From: Candidatus Obscuribacterales bacterium
GTDB lineage: Bacteria; Cyanobacteriota; Vampirovibrionia; Obscuribacterales; Obscuribacteraceae
NCBI GenBank assembly: GCA_965228855.1
Contig: CBDDIJ010000003.1
Location: 448,001 to 512,000, forward strand
Length of the DNA: 64,000 bases
Direction of reading: 5' to 3'
Below, in pieces: positions 1 to 9,227 of the stretch; the first letter of the stretch is position 1; each line of letters starts with the position of its first letter. Made by a program: the position numbers and the translations under genes. Under the pieces are notes generated by a model, which was not told the DNA's origin, searched no databases, and saw only the letters and a list, made by a program, of their open reading frames with translations.

Positions 1-164
1 CACTGAAGTCAAAATTGAGACCTGTCTGGGAAAGTTGCCCGTCTGCTTTGAATGTCACGATGCTTCCTTTTCGAAAGTGCTTCGGCTAAGCTATCGCACT
101 GGACTGAATTTCGCCTGAGTAGAATTTATAAGTTGAGGGGCGAAAGTGCCGAAACTCTGAATTG

Positions 165-225
165 CTTGACATTCTATCTTCTTGACATTGATTTGTTCTT
201 GACAAACTGTTAGGTATTTTATAGT
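165..225 (+). promoter_or_regulatory. Three tandem CTTGACA repeats (perfect sigma70 -35 TTGACA at 166, 182, 199) with candidate -10 TATAGT at 220-225
   Basis: Read directly; repeat period 16-17 bp; the -10 candidate is 15 bp from the third -35; lies upstream of the kinase at 353. Confidence 0.4.
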
Positions 226-352
226 TTCGGTAATAGATTGGGCATTGTGTAAGCACAGACCGGATTTACGGTCCTGATTAGAAACTTTACCAGGTTCAAG
301 TTAAACTGAAGAAGTCGCGAAAACGCGACCCCCACGCTTCCCCGGCACTTTT

Positions 353-2881
353 ATGACCGCTATATTCGCACACAACGACAAGCTAGAGGACGGGCACTAC
401 ACCGTTCTGAAGGAGCTTGGCGTTGGCGGCATGGGCGTGGTCTATCATTGTCGCGACGAGTTTTTGCAGCGTGATGTGGCAATAAAAATGTTGCTGCCGG
501 AACTCATGGCTGATCCTAAAAACGTAGAGGTATTCACCGAAGAAGCACGGCTTGCTGCGCGGATGGATCACCCAAATATAGTCACCGTATATGATATCGG
601 TGTTGAAAATCGGCAGAGTAAAGCGCATCACTTTGTAGCGATGGAATATCTCCCGGGCGGCAATCTGGCGGTGCGAACTCAAGGCGCGGCGCTGGCGGTT
701 GAGCACGCACTCAACTGGATGAAACAATTATCAAATGGATTGTATTTTGCTCATCGCAAGGGTGTTGTTCACCAGGATGTAAAAGCGGACAACATTTTCA
801 TCACCACAGAAGGTGATTTGAAAATTGGTGACTTCGGCTTAGCGCGCCTGATGGCGAACAAGGTTTATATCAACCCGTCGACCAAGGGGATGGGAACGCC
901 TGCGTATATGTCGCCGGAACTCTGTCGCGGAGAGCAACAGGACCAGCGCTCCGACATGTATTCTCTTGGAATTTTGTTCTTCGAGATGGTGACAGGACAG
1001 CTTCCCTATCGAGCCAACGGCATGATCGAGATGGCGATGAAGCACACGACTGCACCGATTCCCTCTGTGCGACGTTTGAATCCCGAAGTACCTGATGTTC
1101 TTGACCGACTTATCCGGCGGATGATGGAGAAGTCGCCATTCGATCGATATCAATCGCTTAATGAAGTGCTCAAGATTCTCGACGATTTGATCTTTGATAT
1201 GCGAGTGGCTCGAATGGGCCTGACCACGAAGCGAACGTCGCAGAGAGTTGATACCGCCAATGAAGTATCCTCGCAAGAACGAGCCAAAGCTGCGGCTGAA
1301 GCGGTTGCTAAACCGCCCACGCCGACACCGCCAAAGCGCGAATCGGCAGGAACGCCTCGTCACGACACCGGCGTATTGATACCGGGAGCGGTGCAGCCGC
1401 AGGGAGGTCCTTCGGCTTCGACTGCTGCAACGCCGGTCTCGAACAACGTAGTCGCGTCGCCGAACTCTGGTGCTGCTGGTACTTCACCTGCAAAAGCTCA
1501 ATCTCCGGCGCCGACTCCTGCGAAGACACCGGATCGTTTGGAAACAAATCCCCTTGAGGTTCCCCAAGGTCAAGTTTTAGACGGTAATTCCGTTTCCTCC
1601 TCTTCTGCGGCGAAAGCTCAGTCCTCGAAATCTGCGGTTGATAGGGCTGCTTCAAATGCATCGCAAATGCGTGCAGTGAATGCGCCGGATACCAGATATG
1701 GTGCTAAACCTAAACGTCCATTCGACGATCGAGCGGACATTTCGCACACACGAATAGAGGCTGCCGGCATTAAAATGTTCGAGCCGGTTGGACCGGTTCG
1801 TGAACCCAGTCAAAAAATTGCCAAGATCGAAGAGCCTCGCATCTCTGCCTATTCGATACCAGTAATCGAAGGGTTAAATCCGTTGCTCAGTGAAGTCTGG
1901 ACATTTAAAACCGGAGGACCAATCGGCTGGAATTCTACGCCTGTTGCTCCTCACGACGATGAGGGAGTCTATGTTGCCTCCGCGGACGGTACTCTGTACA
2001 AATTGCACCGTGATTCGGGCGAGCTGATTTGGCGATATGACTCCAATTCGATGATGATCGCCGGTCCCGTTGTCAGAGCAAAGGATGTCCTGATTGGAAC
2101 CACTGATGGTGCTTTAATAAAACTTGATTCTGCAACCGGAGCTCAGCAATGGAAAACACAACTGAATCATCCTATTGTAAGCGTTCCGGTTATCGCCAAT
2201 CAGGCTTTGATTGTCCCGACTTTGTCAGGGAAGGTTTCCTGTCTGGATATAAATGATGCCGGTAAGCTCTGGGACGTCGATTTGAAGTCGCCGATAGTAT
2301 GCAATCCCGCAGTTTATGGAGACAACACCGCATTTGTTTCAACTCGCGATGGCAACATCCATTCGCTTCAGGTGCGAAACGGCAAGGAGTTGTGGCGTGC
2401 AAACCTTGATGGACCAATAGTCTCAGCGCCTGCGGTATCCGCAGATAGTATTTATGTCGGAACCCAAGCGGGTACGTTTTTCTCACTCGATATTCAAACT
2501 GGCGAGTCTACCTGGGAGCACCAGTGCAGTCGCGGTATCATATCTGGTGCGACGATAGTGTTTACCTCCGTGATTTTCTGCAGTCAGGACAAGTGGTTGT
2601 ACGGTTGCGAAAAGTATGATGGGCGGCTGCGTTGGAAAGCCGCGGTCAAAGGGACCGTCCAATCAACTTTGTCGGTCGCCGCGCAGACAGTTATTGCGGT
2701 TTCTCGTGAAGGCTGGATGCAGGGATTTGATGCAGGCAGTGGACACATGAAGTGGCAGAAAAACTTTGGTCGTCGCCTGGAATCGCAACCTTTGATTATG
2801 AAGGATGGAATGCTGGTAGCGTCGGTCGAAGGCGAGCTGACATTTTATGCTTTTGGTGCCCGACTGCAAAAATCGGCCTAG
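353..2881 (+). CDS. Ser/Thr protein kinase with Pro/Ser/Ala-rich linker and C-terminal PQQ-like beta-propeller (AfsK-like architecture)
   Basis: LGVGGMGVVY, VAIK, HQDVKADN, DFG, GTPAYMSPE; C-terminal repeats such as VYVASADGTLYKLHRDSGELIW; no TM segment. Confidence 0.9.
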   Translation: MTAIFAHNDKLEDGHYTVLKELGVGGMGVVYHCRDEFLQRDVAIKMLLPELMADPKNVEVFTEEARLAARMDHPNIVTVYDIGVENRQSKAHHFVAMEYLPGGNLAVRTQGAALAVEHALNWMKQLSNGLYFAHRKGVVHQDVKADNIFITTEGDLKIGDFGLARLMANKVYINPSTKGMGTPAYMSPELCRGEQQDQRSDMYSLGILFFEMVTGQLPYRANGMIEMAMKHTTAPIPSVRRLNPEVPDVLDRLIRRMMEKSPFDRYQSLNEVLKILDDLIFDMRVARMGLTTKRTSQRVDTANEVSSQERAKAAAEAVAKPPTPTPPKRESAGTPRHDTGVLIPGAVQPQGGPSASTAATPVSNNVVASPNSGAAGTSPAKAQSPAPTPAKTPDRLETNPLEVPQGQVLDGNSVSSSSAAKAQSSKSAVDRAASNASQMRAVNAPDTRYGAKPKRPFDDRADISHTRIEAAGIKMFEPVGPVREPSQKIAKIEEPRISAYSIPVIEGLNPLLSEVWTFKTGGPIGWNSTPVAPHDDEGVYVASADGTLYKLHRDSGELIWRYDSNSMMIAGPVVRAKDVLIGTTDGALIKLDSATGAQQWKTQLNHPIVSVPVIANQALIVPTLSGKVSCLDINDAGKLWDVDLKSPIVCNPAVYGDNTAFVSTRDGNIHSLQVRNGKELWRANLDGPIVSAPAVSADSIYVGTQAGTFFSLDIQTGESTWEHQCSRGIISGATIVFTSVIFCSQDKWLYGCEKYDGRLRWKAAVKGTVQSTLSVAAQTVIAVSREGWMQGFDAGSGHMKWQKNFGRRLESQPLIMKDGMLVASVEGELTFYAFGARLQKSA

Positions 2882-2918
2882 CCTTCCAAAATGTACCGAT
2901 CTGGAGTAAGGTAGAAAT

Positions 2919-3245
2919 ATGATTAAACTCCTGGGAATAGCGTTTTTGATGAGCATTCTGGCTCTTAGTGGGTTTGTCTACGGACACCTTGTGCCGCAGC
3001 ATGAACTTCTGCAACCCATGACTGTCGAGCAGCTGTCTGCTTATCTTCTGGACGAAACGAGCGCGGAGAATGTCGCTCAAATCACTATCAAGAATGGAAA
3101 GCGCATCGAATCCGTCAAACTCAACGATTCACGAGAGTTCAGAATTGTTGCGCCCGACCAATTTTGCTTTGATTCTATAATTGATCGCGCAAGCGGAGAC
3201 TATGGTATCGAGTGTCTCGACACTTACGATTGTGGACACTTTTAG
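2919..3245 (+). CDS. Small hypothetical protein with N-terminal signal/TM segment
   Basis: 108-aa ORF, AAGGT RBS-like sequence upstream, hydrophobic N-terminus. Confidence 0.6.
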   Translation: MIKLLGIAFLMSILALSGFVYGHLVPQHELLQPMTVEQLSAYLLDETSAENVAQITIKNGKRIESVKLNDSREFRIVAPDQFCFDSIIDRASGDYGIECLDTYDCGHF

Positions 3246-3280
3246 AAGTCAGTTAAAACGAACTTGCCGATTAGAACTCA

Positions 3281-4186
3281 TCAGCTCCCAAACTGGGCAA
3301 TGATTTTGTCCGTGAGAATTGTGATGAAAACGAGAATGCTGACGACTCCGTTTACAGTGAAAAATGCGGCATTGACGCGCGATAAATCGTCTTTGCTCAC
3401 GATGCTGTGCTCGTAAATCAGCATAGCGGTCACAAGCGCCAGTCCAACCCAGTAAGCGACTCCAAGGTGTAACAGCTGCGATATGGCGAACAGGGAACCG
3501 ACTGTCACCACATGCAGTGCGCGCGAGATGTTGAGAGCGGTTCCAACTCCGAATGCGCTAGGCATGCTGTGCAGCTTTTCGTTGCGATCGAACTCCGCGT
3601 CCTGGCAAGCATAAATGATATCGAAGCCCGCGACCCACGTCGTCACTGCCAGTGCCAGCACCCAGGGTGCAGCCAGTGCTAAACTGCCACCCGCGGCAAC
3701 CCAGCCTCCAAGTGCTGCTCCGCCAAGCGCTATGCCAAGGACGATGTGGCAGAGCCAGGTAAACCGCTTCGTGAATGAGTAGAAACTCAACCAGAAAATT
3801 GCGATTGGTGAAAGTTGCAGGCAAATGAGAGGCAGTTGTGATGCGGCTCCAAGCATCACCGCGAATGACAAGATCGCACCAAGTAGAGCATGAGATTTTT
3901 TGATTCTTCCAGCAGGAATGGCACGCTCACTGGTGCGCGGATTTCGCGCGTCAATTTCGCTGTCGATCAGCCTGTTCAGGGTCATTGCCGCTGCGCGCGC
4001 TCCGGCAAAGGCGAGGACCGTATATACCACTGTCATAGGCTCGGGCAGTTTCGGCATTGCCAGAATGAGACCCGAGAGCGCAAATGGCAGCGCGAATACG
4101 GTGTGTTCTATCTTGATCATCTCTGCCCATTCGCGAACACTTAGCGAGTGGGTTTGATTGGGTCTCGGATCTAAAACAGTGGACAT
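3281..4186 (-). CDS. ubiA: UbiA-family 4-hydroxybenzoate polyprenyltransferase (MqnP-like)
   Basis: MIKIEHTVFALPFA, NRLIDSEIDARNPRT, YSFTKRFT, GFDIIYACQDAEFD; start moved from 4420 to in-frame ATG 4186. Confidence 0.88.
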   Translation of the reverse strand: MSTVLDPRPNQTHSLSVREWAEMIKIEHTVFALPFALSGLILAMPKLPEPMTVVYTVLAFAGARAAAMTLNRLIDSEIDARNPRTSERAIPAGRIKKSHALLGAILSFAVMLGAASQLPLICLQLSPIAIFWLSFYSFTKRFTWLCHIVLGIALGGAALGGWVAAGGSLALAAPWVLALAVTTWVAGFDIIYACQDAEFDRNEKLHSMPSAFGVGTALNISRALHVVTVGSLFAISQLLHLGVAYWVGLALVTAMLIYEHSIVSKDDLSRVNAAFFTVNGVVSILVFITILTDKIIAQFGS

Positions 4187-4398
4187 GGCTTTGAAAACAA
4201 CAGAAATCTTACATTGATGAAGAAGCGTTCGCTCCGCTGCGAATATGCGACGCACATCGCGCGCATACGGCTTCGAGTTATCGAACAGAATACATGGGAA
4301 ACTTGATGAAATGTGGTTAGTTGAATAATTGTCATGTAACTGCCATGATAAGCTGATATCAAATGCCTTAGATATAGGGAGTTTCGATAGATCGAACG

Positions 4399-4980
4399 AT
4401 GACAAGAGGTTCTGCGTCAATGAATTCTATGGGTCCCGCTGGTTCTGCAAGTGGCTCAAATCAAGCGTTTACAGGTAAGACAATCAATCTTCAGGGCGTA
4501 GCGGCTTTCGCCAGTCTCGTCGAATTGTTGTCGCAGGAGCTCGGTACGGCTGCCGGCAAGATGCAAGGTCAGTTGCCGAACGGACCTGAAACATTCGACA
4601 AATTGATGGGTGAGCTCGATCTCAACAGTCAAGGTTTTGTTCGCAAATTGATTTTGATATCGCAGCCTGGAGCGCCTCTGATGCTGCGCTTCCAATGCGC
4701 CTGGAATAAAAATCAAGGCGAAGGCAAGTCTGAAATTGTCGGCGGAGTCACCGCTGATTACTTCCTTGGCGTGGCTGTCGAAGACATCGTTCCTCAAGGA
4801 CGAGCCCTGGCTCGTTACATTGAAGATATCTTCGCCGTTCTCGATAGAATGGTCACACTCGGTCACTCGTCGAAGCTCGCCAACATGAGCATTCCTGTTT
4901 CGCAGCTCGAAGCGTTCGAAGCGAATGAAGAGGACCTCGTAGCGCCTTACGAAGGGCGCCAACCCTCGGAAACGATTTAG
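4399..4980 (+). CDS. Hypothetical protein (start may be ATG 4420)
   Basis: 193-aa ORF with natural composition, divergent from ubiA. Confidence 0.6.
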   Translation: MTRGSASMNSMGPAGSASGSNQAFTGKTINLQGVAAFASLVELLSQELGTAAGKMQGQLPNGPETFDKLMGELDLNSQGFVRKLILISQPGAPLMLRFQCAWNKNQGEGKSEIVGGVTADYFLGVAVEDIVPQGRALARYIEDIFAVLDRMVTLGHSSKLANMSIPVSQLEAFEANEEDLVAPYEGRQPSETI

Positions 4981-5044
4981 CTAGCTCATAACTGAACAGT
5001 AGGTTGCGCTGAAGAGTACGACTTCAGATTAAACATGCTCGCAG

Positions 5045-6688
5045 CTAAGCGGATCTCGCAAGTTTGTTGTACAGCACTTTGCTGTTATGTCGCGCATCAA
5101 CTGGGATTTTGCGCACTATTTTGATGGTGCTCAAATTGCCCCAGTTCAACCTATCTTTTATTGCCCATATATCAAAGGATCGTTTGCCTTCTGTTTCAAC
5201 GAACAGCGTCGTGACGTTGTTGACGGTTAAACATGCCGCGCGAGATACACTGTCGTCCAAAAGCGCAACCGCCTCCACACATTGCGCTAAAGAGGTATCT
5301 ATTTTGTTTTGTTTGGAAACCGCTTGCGATGCCGCTTTCCGACCTGTCAGCCACAGCCTGCCAGTTCTGTCGATGTATCCAACGTCTCCGGTTTTATGCC
5401 AGATTTCACCACCGATTTCAACTTTGCTTTCCGCATCGCCTACTCCCGCTGCATAACCTTTTACGACATGGTCGCCGGTGACGATGATCTCTCCGACCGC
5501 ATTGAGTGGAATATTTGCCACTTCACAGATGTGTCTCAATGCTGCCAGTCTGTCTGCGTCATTCAGCTCGTTTGCTTCATGCACAAGTGTAGAAATCCGA
5601 ATTTTGACCTCGTCCACAGGAATGCCAACAGGCAGACCGGCACCATTGGCAATGGCATGCATGTCGCGCGCGCTCAATGAGCTATAAGTGATTTTTGAAA
5701 CGGGCTCAGCCTCCGTGCTGCCGAATACGGTAATGATCTCCGCGCGCGGACATACGGCATTCGCCTTTTTGAGAAGGCGGGGAAATACCGGTCCCCCGCC
5801 TGTGATAACCGTCTTCACAAATGTCAGTTTGATACCGTTGGTGATGCAGTGATCCATTAAACTTTCTACGAACGACGGCGATGCGAGAATTCTATCGGGA
5901 TAATGCCCCTGGATTTGTTCAACGACCGCGGCTGAGTTAACCTTCGCAGCTTTGCTCAGATCTGTGTTTGGAATCACGGAAGTTACTCTTGATGCCAGAT
6001 TCGCCAGAATAAACACTGGAAGGGACGTCAGTTCGCAGCCTCCTTCCTGTACGCAACAGTTTGATGATACTACTTCGAGTTGTGTACGAAGAAAGTCGTG
6101 ACTGCGAACAATCAATTTAGGAGCCCCGCCTGTGCCGCTCGTCAAAGTAATCAGCGCAGGGGTGTCTCCGCTGACCGGCTCTGTTTGCGCAGACCTGTGC
6201 CAGTTGCTTTCTCGCAAAGAAAACCAGCCTGGCGCTGCGAAACCATCGGAAAATTTCAGCTTAATCCGTCTCAGCGAAGGGATTGCTACTGTGACCAGAA
6301 CTCCCTTTGCCGACGCTATCACGGCACGCGGTTTCGTTCTCTCAATCGCATTTGTCAGCTTTTCGATTCCCGCAGATGGATCGAGAATGAGAACAGTCGC
6401 TCCTATTTTGAAGACCGCCAGAATGGACGTAAAAAGCTCTATGCTCATTGGTTCAATGATGAGGATGCAATCGCCGGTGTGAACGCCGTGTTCTTTTAAA
6501 ACGCCCGCTCTGCGCGCAACCTTTTTTGCCAACGCCCGAAAATCTATTTTTCTACCGGTACCACGTGACCCCTCGATAAGAGCCGGCTGCTGCGGGTGCG
6601 AGCGAGCGATTTCATCAAGTCCATTGGCTATGTTCGTCTCGATGGTTCTTTAAACTAATGCCGTCTGTGTTACTGTGCTCATTGTCAT
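5045..6688 (-). pseudogene. OleC-like AMP-dependent ligase (ANL superfamily); in-frame TAA at 6652-6650 after codon 12; intact downstream ORF is 5045..6532
   Basis: TLTSGTGGAPK (A3), FGSTEAEP (A5), WHKTGDVG (A7), LTGRK, HNSK. ATG 6688 overlaps the upstream TGA and is in frame. NIANGLDEIARSHPQQPAL follows the stop. The family call is firm; pseudogene status is uncertain. Confidence 0.7.
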
Positions 6689-7722
6689 AGTCCTTTACCG
6701 TAAACGGCATACTTTCTGAATACGTGGGCACCGGGAATGGTGCTGTATGCGCTGGACGAATTATCGTCTTTGTATAAAGCGTGAATCATGTTCGTGAAGC
6801 CCATTTTGTCTGCCCGGGCGTGACATTCAGCCATGAGCCGTCGACCGAGTCCGTTTAATCTGTCGTCCTTGACTCGACCAATCGTCTTCGCCACGAGGGT
6901 TTTCGTGTCCGTGTTCGAGTTCGCCAAATCGGGGATGGCAAGCATGAAGCCGACTGGATGATTGTCGTACTCGGCGATTAATACCAGGTCCGGATTCACG
7001 ACACTTCTCAAATGTCGGTATCTGGTTATGAATTCCAACTCGCTGATTTCAGCGTAGAGAAATGCATCTGAGAAGGCATCGCATGCAATACCATATATGC
7101 TGTGCAATTCCTGCTCGAACCTGTTCATGTCGATAGAACGAACTGAAACCTGGTCGAGCATTGACGAATCGGTAGACGAGAGTTTGTTTTTATCCAGGAA
7201 GTCTGGTTTCACTTCCAGAATGGACGAGCTGTAGGTTGCGACCGATTCGAATCCAGAGTCGATAAAATGACCTGGAAACTCCATCGGATTTTCCGGTTCC
7301 ATCAAGAAGCTCTTCACGCCTGTAGTTCCACAGACTAAACGATAGCGTCGCCAGGTGTTACCGTCGACCGGACCGATGGCAAGCTGGCAGCCGTATTGCT
7401 TTAGCAATTTTGTTGCCGATGCCAGTAAGTCCGTTGCCACGCGACGGTTTGCTGCGAAGTAATGCCCGATGAATCCTACGCTTTGTCCGTTTAAATCCGG
7501 CGTATCGCAATACCAGAGTGAAAAGTGCCCGGCGATTTTTCCGTCTTCGACCAGTATCCATGTTTCATCCGGGAGGTCGGCGTCAATGCTTGCCTGGGGC
7601 AGATGCTGTTTCATGAAATTAGCGTGAGTGTCTGTTGCCCTCAACTCTGTAAGTCTTACCAGTTCAGTTTTTCGTGTCTCTCTTGTGGGAGTGTTGGAGT
7701 TTTTAGTGGTACGAGAGTTCAT
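6685..7722 (-). CDS. Tandem GNAT-fold acyltransferase (YghO-like)
   Basis: GFIGHY, AIGPVDGNTWRRYR, FLMEPENP, PDLVLIAEYDNHPVGFMLAIPD, GLGRRL; GGAG RBS before ATG 7722 (ORF track starts 7791). Confidence 0.75.
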   Translation of the reverse strand: MNSRTTKNSNTPTRETRKTELVRLTELRATDTHANFMKQHLPQASIDADLPDETWILVEDGKIAGHFSLWYCDTPDLNGQSVGFIGHYFAANRRVATDLLASATKLLKQYGCQLAIGPVDGNTWRRYRLVCGTTGVKSFLMEPENPMEFPGHFIDSGFESVATYSSSILEVKPDFLDKNKLSSTDSSMLDQVSVRSIDMNRFEQELHSIYGIACDAFSDAFLYAEISELEFITRYRHLRSVVNPDLVLIAEYDNHPVGFMLAIPDLANSNTDTKTLVAKTIGRVKDDRLNGLGRRLMAECHARADKMGFTNMIHALYKDDNSSSAYSTIPGAHVFRKYAVYGKGL

Positions 7723-7901
7723 ATCAGTTTCTCCGGCGATTACCGCAATTGCGGTTACAATCCATTCTGACTCTTTGGACGCCCTCTGCACATTGGAGTC
7801 AACACTTTCAAAACCGTTGTATCGAAGTCAGGGGCGGGTTCGAGTCTCTAAACAGTAGTTCCCTCATTACGTCACCGTTCGAATGAATGGTAATGTAGTT
7901 G

Positions 7902-9227
7902 CTATTGCAAGAGCAGTGGTATCAACCCCAGTAAAGAAGCCATAGCCGCGCATGATGCTTGCTTCCACCAGCGTGTTGCGCGCGTAAATGGTTTGATCTT
8001 CGTCGAATTGAATAAGTAGAATAGAAAGGTAGGAATGCCTATGCAGAATGGTGTCAGAACTATCAGAATCAACGAATCTGCGGTTTTCGGCAACAACAGC
8101 AGTAACGGAACGGCGACCAGGCACCATGCTTTCAGAACCGCGTAGAGAATGAACAGTATCTTTTGTTTCGAAAAACTGGTGAATCGCATGTGAGCGGTCG
8201 CGATGATTGCCGCATGTGCAGCGAATGTGAGCATATACGGAAATATGAACTCATCACGATTGTTGAGCATCGAAAGCAGCGACCAGATAATTCCTACCGA
8301 AGCTACTGATACCACTGCGTAAATATTGTGTTCGCTTCTAATGTTGCGAAAGCGATTGGGCAGCAGAAAGCGATACGAGAGATAGAGCAAAATGGGCATT
8401 ACAACCCATTCGATACCGTTCATTACAAACGTGAAATAGCAAAACAGTGCCGCCCCGATAATACCGCTGCCGTTCAACGTGCTGTTCCGACGCAGCAGAA
8501 CGATTGAGATGGAAACAGCCAGCAATAAAATCAAGCGCACTAAAAGTACATCTAAAGACAGATGCATGTGCGTTTTCATTACTATAAATGCACCCAGGGG
8601 GATAAATAAATTATCTAGCCCATTCCACGCAATTGCTTCAAACATCATCGCGACCAGTCCAACGATCAAGGCGATGCAGAGTGCTACTGGCACTCCCAGA
8701 CCGGTGAAGAAATTCAAAGACACGAAGGTCGCCAGCAGAGCTACTGATGCGAAGCCAAAGCTGCCCTGAAGTGATTTTTGGCTGTCTGCAGTGCAACTGT
8801 ACTTCCGAGTTCCAAATCGTTGACCTATCAGCGCCGAGGCTGTGTCCGCCAACGTGAGAATGATAATCGGCACCATATACAGTATCTTATTACCGTCTGC
8901 CAGTAAGAACGTCAGACCGATTGCTAGCGGGAATATAATTTCTCCGACGCTCGAGCGTCCGCGAGCGCAGACAACCGGTTGCCACTGTTTCAAGTTTGAG
9001 ACCTTTAGTAGTGCTATAAAAAGGCTCGATACGACGCTCAGTGTTAAAACCGGCCATGCACTCTGAAATACCCATGGAAAGCTCAACGTCAAAAGACCCA
9101 TCGTCACGTGGAGAGTTTTTCGAATGACTTCCGGGTCTTTTATTTTCGAGTTTTGTAGTCGGCTGAGTACGTGAATTACTCCTATCAGAATAATTATCAC
9201 GCTTGCGATGCCAACCCAGGGATTCAT
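7902..9227 (-). CDS. Phytol/dolichol kinase-like (CTP_transf_1 fold) polytopic membrane protein with extra C-terminal TM region
   Basis: RKTLHVTMG, ADTASALIGQRFG, KSLQGS, GLDNLFIPL; start overlaps upstream stop (ATGA at 9227-9224). Confidence 0.75.
   Translation of the reverse strand: MNPWVGIASVIIILIGVIHVLSRLQNSKIKDPEVIRKTLHVTMGLLTLSFPWVFQSAWPVLTLSVVSSLFIALLKVSNLKQWQPVVCARGRSSVGEIIFPLAIGLTFLLADGNKILYMVPIIILTLADTASALIGQRFGTRKYSCTADSQKSLQGSFGFASVALLATFVSLNFFTGLGVPVALCIALIVGLVAMMFEAIAWNGLDNLFIPLGAFIVMKTHMHLSLDVLLVRLILLLAVSISIVLLRRNSTLNGSGIIGAALFCYFTFVMNGIEWVVMPILLYLSYRFLLPNRFRNIRSEHNIYAVVSVASVGIIWSLLSMLNNRDEFIFPYMLTFAAHAAIIATAHMRFTSFSKQKILFILYAVLKAWCLVAVPLLLLLPKTADSLILIVLTPFCIGIPTFLFYLFNSTKIKPFTRATRWWKQASCAAMASLLGLIPLLLQ

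Noticed and set aside
5045..6532. Olefin (oleABCD) biosynthesis cluster
   Set aside because: No OleA thiolase, OleB hydrolase or OleD reductase in the window
7795..7865. tRNA-like fragments (TTCAAA and GGGTTCGAGTC) suggestive of tRNA-Sec
   Set aside because: The anticodon, T and acceptor stems do not pair; no cloverleaf can be built
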